Shown here: positions 1 through 11,300 of the stretch, in pieces | How the letters are laid out: each line of letters starts with the position of its first letter | Position numbering within the stretch: position 1 is the stretch's first letter | NCBI RefSeq assembly: GCF_009914755.1 | Contig: NC_060944.1 | Source: the human T2T-CHM13v2.0 reference genome, Homo sapiens | Strand: one strand, 5' to 3' | DNA: 64,000 bases | Notes under the pieces: model-generated | What the model was told of the DNA's origin: nothing | Database searches by the model: none | The model's input: only the letters and a program-made list of their open reading frames with translations | Translations under genes and position numbers: made by a program

Positions 1-213
1 TTTTGTCATATCTGGAAGTGTCCATTCGGAGCGCATTCAGGCTTGTGTTGAAAAAGGAAATATCCTCCCATAAAAACTAGACAGAAGCATTCTCAGAAAC
101 TTATCTGTGATGTATGTACTCAACTAACAGAACTAAACCATCGTTTTGAAGGAGCAGTTTTGAAACACTCTTTTTGCGGAATCTGCAAGTGGATATTTGG
201 CTAGCTGGGAGGA

Positions 214-230
214 TTTCGTTGGAAACGGGA
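214..230 (+). promoter_or_regulatory. CENP-B box, monomer 1 (recurs in each HOR)
   Basis: TTTCGTTGGAAACGGGA matches the consensus YTTCGTTGGAARCGGGA. Confidence 0.95.
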
Positions 231-380
231 TTACATACAAAAAGCAGACAGCAGCATTCTCAGAAACTTCTTTGTGATGTTTGCATTCAAGTCACAGAGT
301 TGAACATTCCCTTTCATAGAGCAGGTTTGAAACACTCTTTTTGTAGTATCTGGATGTGGACATTTGGATCGCTTTCAGGC

Positions 381-397
381 CTATGGTGAAAAAGGAA
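381..397 (+). promoter_or_regulatory. pJ-alpha-type motif of A-type monomer (m2; variants in the other even monomers)
   Basis: CTATGGTGAAAAAGGAA sits at the position homologous to the CENP-B box in alternate monomers. Confidence 0.8.
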
Positions 398-551
398 ATA
401 TCTTCCCATGAAAACTAGACAGAAGCATTCTCAGAAACTTATTTGTGATGTGTGCCCTCAACTGACAGTGTTGAACCTTTGTTTTGATAGAGCAGTTCTG
501 AAACACACTTTTTGTAAAATCTGCAAGAGGATATTTGGATAGCTTTGAGGA

Positions 552-568
552 TTTCGTTGGAAACGGGA
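552..568 (+). promoter_or_regulatory. CENP-B box, monomer 3
   Basis: TTTCGTTGGAAACGGGA, an exact consensus match. Confidence 0.95.
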
Positions 569-1231
569 ATGTCTTCATGTAAACTCTAGACAGAAGCATT
601 CTCAGAAACTGCTTTGGGATGTTTCAATTGAAGTCCCAGTGTTGAACATTCCCATTCATAGAGCAGGTTTGAAACACTCTTTTTGTACTATCTGGAAGTG
701 GACATTTGGAGCGCTTTCAGGTCTACGGTGAAAAAGGAGATATCTTCCAATAAAAACTAGATAGAAGCAATGTCAGAACTTTTTTCATGATGTATCTACT
801 CAGCAAACAGAGTTGAACCTTTCTTTTGAGAGAGCAGTTTTGAAACACTCTTTTTGTGGAATATGCAAGTGGGTATTAGGCCGGCTTGGAGGATTTGGTT
901 GGAAACGGGAATACGTATAAAAAGCAGACAGCAGCATTGTCAGAAACTACTTTGTGATGTTTGCATTCAAGTCACAGAATTGAACACTCCCTTTCACAGA
1001 GCAGGTTTGAAACACTCTTTTTGTAGTGTCTGTAAGTGAACATTTGGATTGCTTTCAGGCCTAAGGTGAAAAAGGAAATATCTTCCCATAAAAACTAGAC
1101 AGAAGCATTCTCAGAAACTTGTTTGTGATGTGTGCCCTCTACTGACAGAGTTGAACCTTTCTTTGCAAAGAGCAGTTTTGAAACACTCTTTTTGTAGAAT
1201 CTGCAAGAGGATATTTGGATAGTTTTGAGGA

Positions 1232-1248
1232 TTTCTTGGGAAACGGGA
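1232..1248 (+). promoter_or_regulatory. Degenerate, predicted non-binding CENP-B box, monomer 7 (fixed in the 16-mers)
   Basis: TTTCTTGGGAAACGGGA: the essential TTCG is changed to TTCT in every 16-mer copy inspected. Confidence 0.85.
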
Positions 1249-1573
1249 ATGTCTTCAGATAAACTCTAGACAGAAGCATTCTCAGAAACTTCTTTGGGAT
1301 GTTTCAATTGAAGTCACAGTGTTGAACATTCCCTTTCACAGAGCAGGTTTGAAACACTCTTTTTATAGTGTCTATAAGTGAACATTTGGCGTGCTTTCAG
1401 GCCTAACGTGAAAAAGGAAATATCTTCCCATAAAAACTAGACAGAAGCATTCTCAGAAACTTGTTCGTGATGTGTGCCCTCTACTGACAGAGTTGAACCT
1501 TTCTTTGCAAAGAGCAGCTTTGAAACACTCTTTTTGTAGAATCTGCAAGAGGATATTTGGATAGCTTGGAGGA

Positions 1574-1590
1574 TTTCGTTGGAAACGGGT
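1574..1590 (+). promoter_or_regulatory. CENP-B box, monomer 9
   Basis: TTTCGTTGGAAACGGGT keeps all core positions (NTTCGNNNNANNCGGGN). Confidence 0.9.
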
Positions 1591-1914
1591 ATGTCTTCAG
1601 ATAAACTCTAGACAGAAGCATTCTCAGAAACTTCTTTGGGATGTTGCATTCAAGTCACAGAGTAGAACATTCCCATTCATAGAGCAGATTTGAAACACTC
1701 TTTTTGTAGTATCTGGAAGTGGACATTTGGAGCGCTTTCAGGCCTATGTTGAAAAAGGAAATATCTTCCCATAAAAACTGGACGGAAGCATTCTCAGAAA
1801 CTTATTTGTGATGTGTTTGCTCAACTAACAGGATTGAACCATCGTTTTGAAGGAGCAGTTTTGAAACACTGTTTTCGTGGAATCTGCAAGTGGATATTTG
1901 GCTAGCTTTGAGGA

Positions 1915-1931
1915 TTTCGTTGGAAACGGGA
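1915..1931 (+). promoter_or_regulatory. CENP-B box, monomer 11
   Basis: TTTCGTTGGAAACGGGA, an exact consensus match. Confidence 0.95.
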
Positions 1932-3613
1932 TTACATATAAAAAGGAGACAGCAGCATTCTCAGAAACTTCTTTGTGATGTCTGCATTCAATTCACAGAG
2001 TTGAGCATTCCCTTTCATAGAGCAGGTTGGAAACACTCTTTTTGTAGTATCTGGATGAGGACATTTGGAGCGCTTTCAGGCGTATGGTGAAAAAGGAAAT
2101 ATCTTCCCGTAAAAACTAGACAGAAGCATTCTCAGAAGTTTATTTGTGATGTGTGCCCTCAACTAACAGAGTTGAACCTTTCTTTGGATAGAGCAGTTTT
2201 GAAACACTCTTTTTCTAAAATCTGCAAGAGGATATTTGGATAGCTTTGAGGATTTCATTGCAAACGGGAATGGCTTCATATAAACTCTAGACAGAAGCAT
2301 TCTCAGAAACTTCGTTGGGATGTTTCGATTGAAGTCCCAGTGTTGAACATTCCCTTTTATAGAGCAGGTTGGAAACACTCTTTCTGCATTCCCTGGAAGT
2401 GGACATTTGGAGCGCTTTCAGGACGACGGTGAAAATGGAAATATCTTCCAATAAAATCTAGATAGAAGCAATGTCAGAAACTTTTATGTGATGGATCTAC
2501 TCAGCTAACAGAGTTGAGCCTTTCTTTTGAGAGAGCAGTTTTGCAACACTCTTTTTGTGGAATATGCAAGTGGATATTAGGGCAGCTTTGAGGATTTCCT
2601 TGGAAACGGGAATACATGTAAAAAGCAGACAGCAGCATTCTCAGAAACTTCTTTGTGATGTTTGCATTGAAGTCACAGAGTTGAACATTCCATTTGAGAG
2701 AGCAGGATTGAAACACGCCTTTTTGTCATATCTGGAAGTGTCCATTCGGAGCGCATTCAGGCTTGTGTTGAAAAAGGAAATATCCTCCCATAAAAACTAG
2801 ACAGAAGCATTCTCAGAAACTTATTTTTGATGTATGTACTCAACTAACAGAACTAAACCATCGTTTTGAAGGAGCAGTTTTGAAACACTCTTTTTGCGGA
2901 ATCTGCAAGTGGATATTTGGCTAGCTGGGAGGATTTCGTTGGAAACGGGATTACATACAAAAAGCAGAGAGCAGCATTCTCAGAAACTTCTTTGTGATGT
3001 TTGCATTCAAGTCACAGAGTTGAACATTCCCTTTCATAGAGCAGGTTTGAAACACTCTTTTTGTAGTATCTGGATGTGGACATTTGGATCGCTTTCAGGC
3101 CTATGGTGAAAAAGGAAATATCTTCCCATGAAAACTAGACAGAAGCATTCTCAGAAACTTATTTGTGATGTGTGCCCTCAACTGACAGTGTTGAACCTTT
3201 GTTTTGATAGAGCAGTTCTGAAACACACTTTTTGTAAAATCTGCAAGAGGATATTTGGATAGCTTTGAGGATTTCGTTGGAAACGGGAATGTCTTCATGT
3301 AAACTCTAGACAGAAGCATTCTCAGAAACTGCTTTGGGATGTTTCAATTGAAGTCCCAGTGTTGAACATTCCCTTTCATAGAGCAGGTTTGAAACACTCT
3401 TTTTGTACTATCTGGAAGTGGACATTTGGAGCGCTTTCAGGTCTACGGTGAAAAAGGAGATATCTTCCAATAAAAACTAGATAGAAGCAATGTCAGAACT
3501 TTTCTCATGATGTATCTACTCAGCAAACAGAGTTGAACCTTTCTTTTGAGAGAGCAGTTTTGAAACACTCTTTTTGTGGAATATGCAAGTGGGTATTAGG
3601 CCGGCTTGGAGGA

Positions 3614-3630
3614 TTTCGTTGGAAACGGGA
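3614..3630 (+). promoter_or_regulatory. CENP-B box, monomer 5 (intact example in H2)
   Basis: TTTCGTTGGAAACGGGA; the H1 equivalent is mutated (TTTGG, position 897). Confidence 0.9.
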
Positions 3631-4972
3631 ATACGTATAAAAAGTAGACAGCAGCATTGTCAGAAACTACTTTGTGATGTTTGCATTCAAGTCACAGAAT
3701 TGAACACTCCCTTTCACAGAGCAGGTTTGAAACACTCTTTTTGTAGTGTCTGTAAGTGAACATTTGGATTGCTTTCAGGCCTAAGGTGAAAAAGGAAATA
3801 TCTTCCCATAAAAACTAGACAGAAGCATTCTCAGAAACTTGTTTGTGATGTGTGCCCTCTACTGACAGAGTTGAACCTTTCTTTGTAAAGAGCAGTTTTG
3901 AAACACTCTTTTTGTAGAATCTGCAAGAGGATATTTGGATAGCTTTGAGGATTTCTTGGGAAACGGGAATGTCTTCAGATAAACTCTAGACAGAAGCATT
4001 CTCAGAAACTTCTTTGGGATGTTTCAATTGAAGTCACAGTGTTGAACATTCCCTTTCACAGAGCAGGTTTGAAACACTCTTTTTGTAGTGTCTATAAGTG
4101 AACATTTGGCGTGCTTTCAGGCCTAACGTGAAAAAGGAAATATCTTCCCATAAAAACTAGACAGAAGCATTCTCAGAAACTTGTTCGTGATGTGTGCCCT
4201 CTACTGACAGAGTTGAACCTTTCTTTGCAAAGAGCAGCTTTGAAACACTCTTTTTGTAGAATCTGCAAGAGGATATTTGGATAGCTTGGAGGATTTCGTT
4301 GGAAACGGGTATGTCTTCAGATAAACTCTAGACAGAAGCATTCTCAGAAACTTCTTTGGGATGTTGCATTCAAGTCACAGAGTAGAACATTCCCATTCAT
4401 AGAGCAGATTTGAAACACTCTTTTTGTAGTATCTGGAAGTGGACATTTGGAGCGCTTTCAGGCCTAGGTTGAAAAAGGAAATATCTTCCCATAAAAACTA
4501 GACGGAAGCATTCTCAGAAACTTACTTGTGATGTGTTTGCTCAACTAACAGAATTGAACCATCGTTTTGAAGGAGCAGTTTTGAAACACTGTTTTCGTGG
4601 AATCTGCAAGTGGATATTTGGCTAGCTTTGAGGATTTCGTTGGAAACGGGATTACATATAAAAAGGAGACAGCAGCATTCTCAGAAACTTCTTTGTGATG
4701 TCTGCATTCAATTCACAGAGTTGAGCATTCCCTTTCATAGAGCAGGTTGGAAACACTCTTTTTGTAGTATCTGGATGAGGACATTTGGAGCGCTTTCAGG
4801 CGTATGGTGAAAAAGGAAATATCTTCCCGTAAAAACTAGACAGAAGCATTCTCAGAAGTTTATTTGTGATGTGTGCCCTCAACTAACAGAGTTGAACCTT
4901 TCTTTTGATAGAGCAGTTTTGAAACACTCTTTTTGTAAAATCTGCAAGAGGATATTTGGATAGCTTTGAGGA

Positions 4973-4989
4973 TTTCGTTGCAAACGGGA
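4973..4989 (+). promoter_or_regulatory. CENP-B box variant, monomer 13 (example in H2)
   Basis: TTTCGTTGCAAACGGGA: a G>C change at a non-core position, with the core intact. Confidence 0.85.
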
Positions 4990-5314
4990 ATGGCTTCATA
5001 TAAACTCTAGACAGAAGCATTCTCAGAAACTTCGTTGGGATGTTTCGATTGAAGTCCCAGTGTTGAACATTCCCTTTTATAGAGCAGGTTGGAAACACTC
5101 TTTCTGCATTCCCTGGAAGTGGACATTTGGAGCGCTTTCAGGACGACGGTGAAAATTGAAATATCTTCCAATAAAATCTAGATAGAAACAACGTCAGAAA
5201 CTTTTATGTGATGGATCTACTCAGCTAACAGAGTTGAACCTTTCTTTTGAGAGAGCAGTTTTGCAACACTCTTTTTGTGGAATTTGCAAGTGGATATTAG
5301 GGCAGCTTTGAGGA

Positions 5315-5331
5315 TTTCGTTGGAAACGGGA
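5315..5331 (+). promoter_or_regulatory. CENP-B box, monomer 15 (intact example in H2)
   Basis: TTTCGTTGGAAACGGGA; it reads TTTCC in H1, H3, H6 and H20. Confidence 0.9.
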
Positions 5332-8300
5332 ATACATGTAAAAAGCAGACAGCAGCATTCTCAGAAACTTCTTTGTGATGTTTGCATTGAAGTCACAGAG
5401 TTGAACATTCCCTTTGAGAGAGCAGGTTTGAAACACGCCTTTTGTCATATCTGGAAGTGTCCATTCGGAGCGCATTCAGGCTTGTGTTGAAAAAGGAAAT
5501 ATCCTCCCATAAAAACTAGACAGAAGCATTCTCAGAAACTTATCTGTGATGTATGTACTCAACTAACAGAACTAAACCATCGTTTTGAAGGAGCAGTTTT
5601 GAAACACTCTTTTTGCGGAATCTGCAAGTGGATATTTGGCTAGCTGGGAGGATTTCGTTGGAAACGGGATTACATACAAAAAGCAGACAGCAGCATTCTC
5701 AGAAACTTCTTTGTGATGTTTGCATTCAAGTCACAGAGTTGAACATTCCCTTTCATAGAGCAGGTTTGAAACACTCTTTTTGTAGTATCTGGATGTGGAC
5801 ATTTGGATCGCTTTCAGGCCTATGGTGAAAAAGGAAATATCTTCCCATGAAAACTAGACAGAAGCATTCTCAGAAACTTATTTGTGATGTGTGCCCTCAA
5901 CTGACAGTGTTGAACCTTTGTTTTGATAGAGCAGTTCTGAAACACACTTTTTGTAAAATCTGCAAGAGGATATTTGGATAGCTTTGAGGATTTCGTTGGA
6001 AACGGGAATGTCTTCATGTAAACTCTAGACAGAAGCATTCTCAGAAACTGCTTTGGGATGTTTCAATTGAAGTCCCAGTGTTGAACATTCCCTTTCATAG
6101 AGCAGGTTTGAAACACTCTTTTTGTACTATCTGGAAGTGGACATTTGGAGCGCTTTCAGGTCTACGGTGAAAAAGGAGATACCTTCCAATAAAAACTAGA
6201 TAGAAGCAATGTCAGAACTTTTTTCATGATGTATCTACTCAGCAAGCAGAGTTGAACCTTTCTTTTGAGAGAGCAGTTTTGAAACACTCTTTTTGTGGAA
6301 TATGCAAGTGGGTATTAGGCCGGCTTGGAGGATTTCGTTGGAAACGGGAATACGTATAAAAAGCAGACAGCAGCATTGTCAGAAACTACTTTGTGATGTT
6401 TGCATTCAAGTCACAGAATTGAACACTCCCTTTCACAGAGCAGGTTTGAAACACTCTTTTTGTAGTGTCTGTAAGTGAACATTTGGATTGCTTTCAGGCC
6501 TAAGGTGAAAAAGGAAATATCTTCCCATAAAAACTAGACAGAAGCATTCTCAGAAACTTGTTTGTGATGTGTGCCCTCTACTGACAGAGTTGAACCTTTC
6601 TTTGCAAAGAGCAGTTTTGAAACACTCTTTTTGTAGAATCTGCAAGAGGATATTTGGATAGCTTTGAGGATTTCTTGGGAAACGGGAATGTCTTCAGATA
6701 AACTCTAGACAGAAGCATTCTCAGAAACTTCTTTGGGATGTTTCAATTGAAGTCACAGTGTTGAACATTCCCTTTCACAGAGCAGGTTTGAAACACTCTT
6801 TTTGTAGTGTCTATAAGTGAACATTTGGCGTGCTTTCAGGCCTAACGTGAAAAAGGAAATATCTTCCCATAAAAACTAGACAGAAGCATTCTCAGAAACT
6901 TGTTCGTGATGTGTGCCCTCTACTGACAGAGTTGAACCTTTCTTTGCAAAGAGCAGCTTTGAAACACTCTTTTTGTAGAATCTGCCAGAGGATATTTGGA
7001 TAGCTTTGAGGATTTCGTTGGAAACGGGTATGTCTTCAGATAAACTCTAGACAGAAGCATTCTCAGAAACTTCTTTGGGATGTTGCATTCAAGTCACAGA
7101 GTAGAACATTCCCATTCATAGAGCAGATAAGAAACACTCTTTTTGTAGTATCTGGAAGTGAACATTTGGAGCGCTTTCAGGCCTATGTTGAAAAAGGAAA
7201 TATCTTTCCATAAAAACTAGACCGAAGCATTCTCAGAAACTTATTTGTGATGTGTTTGCTCAACTAACAGGATTGAACCATCGTTTTGAAGGAGCAGTTT
7301 TGAAACACTGTTTTCGTGGAATCTGCAAGTGGATATTTGGCTAGCTTTGAGGATTTCGTTGGAAACGGGATTACATATAAAAAGGAGACAGCAGCATTCT
7401 CAGAAACTTCTTTGTGATGTCTGCATTCAATTCACAGAGTTGAGCATTCCCTTTCATAGAGCAGGTTGGAAACACTCTTTTTGTAGTATCTGGATGAGGA
7501 CATCTGGAGCGCTTTCAGGCGTATGGTGAAAAAGGAAATATCTTCCCGTAAAAACTAGACAGAAGCATTCTCAGAAGTTTATTTGTGATGTGTGCCCTCA
7601 ACTAACAGAGTTGAACCTTTCTTTTGATAGAGCAGTTTTGAAACACTCTTTTTGTAAAATCTGCAAGAGGATATTTGGATAGCTTTGAGGATTTCGTTGC
7701 AAACGGGAATGGCTTCATATAAACTCTAGACAGAAGCATTCTCAGAAACTTCGTTGGGATGTTTCGATTGAAGTCCCAGTGTTGAACATTCCCTTTTATA
7801 GAGCAGGTTGGAAACACTCTTTCTGCATTCCCTGGAAGTGGACATTTGGAGCGCTTTCAGGAGGACGGTGAAAATGGAAATATCTTCCAATAAAATCTAG
7901 AGAGAAACAACTTCAGAAACTTTTATGTGATGTATCTACTCAGCTAACAGAGTTGAGCCTTTCTTTTGAGAGAGCAGTTTTGCAACACTCTTTTTGTGGA
8001 ATATGCAAGTGGAAATTAGGGCAGCTTTGAGGATTTCCTTGGAAACGGGAATTCATGTAAAAAGCAGACAGCAGCATTCTCAGAAACTTCTTTGTGATGT
8101 TTGCATTGAAGTCACAGAGTTGAACATTCCATTTGAGAGAGCAGGATTGAAACTCGCCTTTTTGTCATATATGGAAGTGTCCATTCGGAGCGCATTCAGG
8201 CTTGTGTTGAAAAAGGAAATATCCTCCCATAAAAACTAGACAGAAGCATTCTCAGAAACTTATCTGTGATGTATGTACTCAACTAACAGAACTAAACCAT

Positions 8301-11300
8301 CGTTTTGAAGGAGCAGTTTTGAAACACTCTTTTTGCGGAATCTGCAAGTGGATATTTGGCTAGCTGGGAGGATTTCGTTGGAAACGGGATTACATACAAA
8401 AAGCAGACAGCAGCATTCTCAGAAACTTCTTTGTGATGTTTGCATTCAAGTCACAGAGTTGAACATTCCCTTTCATAGAGCAGGTTTGAAACACTCTTTT
8501 TGTAGTATCTGGATGTGGACATTTGGATCGCTTTCAGGCCTATGGTGAAAAAGGAAATATCTTCCCATGAAAACTAGACAGAAGCATTCTCAGAAACTTA
8601 TTTGTGATGTGTGCCCTCAACTGACAGTGTTGAACCTTTGTTTTGATAGAGCAGTTCTGAAACACACTTTTTGTAAAATCTGCAAGAGGATATTTGGATA
8701 GCTTTGAGGATTTCGTTGGAAACGGGAATGTCTTCATGTAAACTCTAGACAGAAGCATTCTCAGAAACTGCTTTGGGATGTTTCAATTGAAGTCCCAGTG
8801 TTGAACATTCCCTTTCATAGAGCAGGTTTGAAACACTCTTTTTGTACTATCTGGAAGTGGACATTTGGAGCGCTTTCAGGTCTACGGTGAAAAAGGAGAT
8901 ATCTTCCAATAAAAACTAGATAGAAGCAATGTCAGAACATTTTTCATGATGTATCTACTCAGCAAACAGAGTTGAACCTTTCTTTTGAGAGAGCAGTTTT
9001 GAAACACTCTTTTTGTGGAATATGCAAGTGGGTATTAGGCCAGCTTGGAGGATTTCGTTGGAAACGGGAATACGTATAAAAAGCAGACAGCAGCATTGTC
9101 AGAAACTACTTTGTGATGTTTGCATTCAAGTCACAGAATTGAACACTCCCTTTCACAGAGCAGGTTTGAAACACTCTTTTTGTAGTGTCTGTAAGTGAAC
9201 ATTTGGATTGCTTTCAGGCCTAAGGTGAAAAAGGAAATATCTTCCCATAAAAACTAGACAGAAGCATTCTCAGAAACTTGTTTGTGATGTGTGCCCTCTA
9301 CTGACAGAGTTGAACCTTTCTTTGCAAAGAGCAGTTTTGAAACACTCTTTTTGTAGAATCTGCAAGAGGATATTTGGATAGCTTTGAGGATTTCTTGGGA
9401 AACGGGAATGTCTTCAGATAAACTCTAGACAGAAGCATTCTCAGAAACTTCTTTGGGATGTTTCAATTGAAGTCACAGTGTTGAACATTCCCTTTCACAG
9501 AGCAGGTTTGAAACACTCTTTTTGTAGTGTCTATAAGTGAACATTTGGCGTGCTTTCAGGCCTAACGTGAAAAAGGAAATATCTTCCCATAAAAACTAGA
9601 CAGAAGCATTCTCAGAAACTTGTTCGTGATGTGTGCCCTCTACTGACAGAGTTGAACCGTTCTTTGCAAAGAGCAGCTTTGAAACACTCTTTTTGTAGAA
9701 TCTGCAAGAGGATATTTGGATAGCTGTGAGGATTTCGTTGGAAACGGGTATGTCTTCAGATAAACTCTAGACAGAAGCATTCTCAGAAACTTCTTTGGGA
9801 TGTTGCATTCAAGTCACAGAGTAGAACATTCCAATTCATAGAGCAGATTTGAAACACTCTTTTTGTAGTATCTGGAAGTGGACATTTGGAGCGCTTTCAG
9901 GCCTATGTTGAAAAAGGAAATATGTTCCCATAAAAACTAGACGGAAGCATTCTCAGAAACTTACATGTGATGTGTTTGCTCAACTAACAGAATTGAACCA
10001 TCGTTTTGAAGGAGCAGTTTTGAAACACTGTTTTCGTGGAATCTGCAAGTGGATATTTGGCTAGCTTTGAGGATTTCGTTGGAAACGGGATTACATATAA
10101 AAAGGAGACAGCAGCATTCTCAGAAACTTCTTTGTGATGTCTGCATTCAAGTCACAGAGTTGAGCATTCCCTTTCATAGAGCAGGTTGGAAACACTCTTT
10201 TTGTAGTATCTGGATGAGGACATTTGGAGCGCTTTCAGGCCTATGGTGAAAAAGGAAATATCTTCCCGTAAAAATTAGACAGAAGCATTCTCAGAAATTT
10301 ATTTGTGATGTGTGCCCTCAACTAACAGAGTTGAACCTTTCTTTTGATAGAGCAGTTTTGAAACACTCTTTTTGTAAAATCTGCAAGAGGATATTTGGAT
10401 AGCTTTGAGGATTTCATTGCAAACGGGAATGGCTTCATATAAACTCTAGACAGAAGCATTCTCAGAAACTTCGTTGGGATGTTTCGATTGAAGTCCCAGT
10501 GTTGAACATTCCCTTTTATAGAGCAGGTTGGAAACACTCTTTCTGCATTCCCTGGAAGTGGACATTTGGAGCGCTTTCAGGACGACGGTGAAAATGGAAA
10601 TATCTTCCAAGAAAATCTAGATAGAAGCAACGTCAGAAACTTTTATGTGATGGATCTACTCAGCTAACAGAGTTGAACCTTTCTTTTGAGAGAGCAGTTT
10701 TGCAACACTCTTTTTGTGGAATATGCAAGTGGATATTAGGGCAGCTTTGAGGATTTCGTTGGAAACGGGAATACATGTAAAAAGCAGACAGCAGCATTCT
10801 CAGAAACTTCTTTGTGATGTTTGCATTGAAGTCACAGAGTTGAACATTCCCTTTGAGAGAGCAGGTTTGAAACACGCCTTTTGTCATATCTGGAAGTGTC
10901 CATTCGGAGCGCATTCAGGCTTGTGTTGAAAAAGGAAATATCCTCCCATAAAAACTAGACAGAAGCATTCTCAGAAACTTATCTGTGATGTATGTACTCA
11001 ACTAACAGAACTAAACCATCGTTTTGAAGGAGCAGTTTTGAAACACTCTTTTTGCGGAATCTGCAAGTGGATATTTGGCTAGCTGGGAGGATTTCGTTGG
11101 AAACGGGATTACATACAAAAAGCAGACAGCAGCATTCTCAGAAACTTCTTTGTGATGTTTGCATTCAAGTCACAGAGTTGAACATTCCCTTTCATAGAGC
11201 AGGTTTGAAACACTCTTTTTGTAGTATCTGGATGTGGACATTTGGATCGCTTTCAGGCCTATGGTGAAAAAGGAAATATCTTCCCATGAAAACTAGACAG

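Larger units (their letters stand above)
88..2807 (+). repeat. HOR copy H1, 16-mer (2720 bp; +1 T variant)
   Basis: Monomer starts read from the sequence: 88, 255, 426, 597, 768, 935, 1106, 1277, 1448, 1619, 1789, 1956, 2127, 2298, 2469, 2636; next HOR at 2808. Canonical lengths are 4x167 (m1, m5, m11, m15) + 170 (m10) + 11x171 = 2719. Monomer numbering is my own, not the published phase. Confidence 0.95.

Noticed and set aside
89-100. Small dyads such as TTCTCAGAA, TCTAGA, AGCGCT and GGCCGGC as possible hairpins or terminators
   Set aside because: Too short, and generic to alpha-satellite monomers; nothing specific to this window.
2310-2328. CTTCGTTGGGATGTTTCGA in m14, resembling an extra CENP-B box
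   Set aside because: Only the TTCGTTGG half matches; the essential CGGG is missing.
88-2807. Assignment to chr17 D17Z1, also a ~2.7-kb 16-mer with a 14-mer variant
   Set aside because: D17Z1 is pentameric SF3, whereas this array alternates box and non-box monomers as a strict SF2-type dimer.
7121-7140. Adjacent double substitution GAGCAGATAAGAAAC (TT>AA) in H3
   Set aside because: An isolated private variant with no length change or target-site duplication, so not an insertion footprint.
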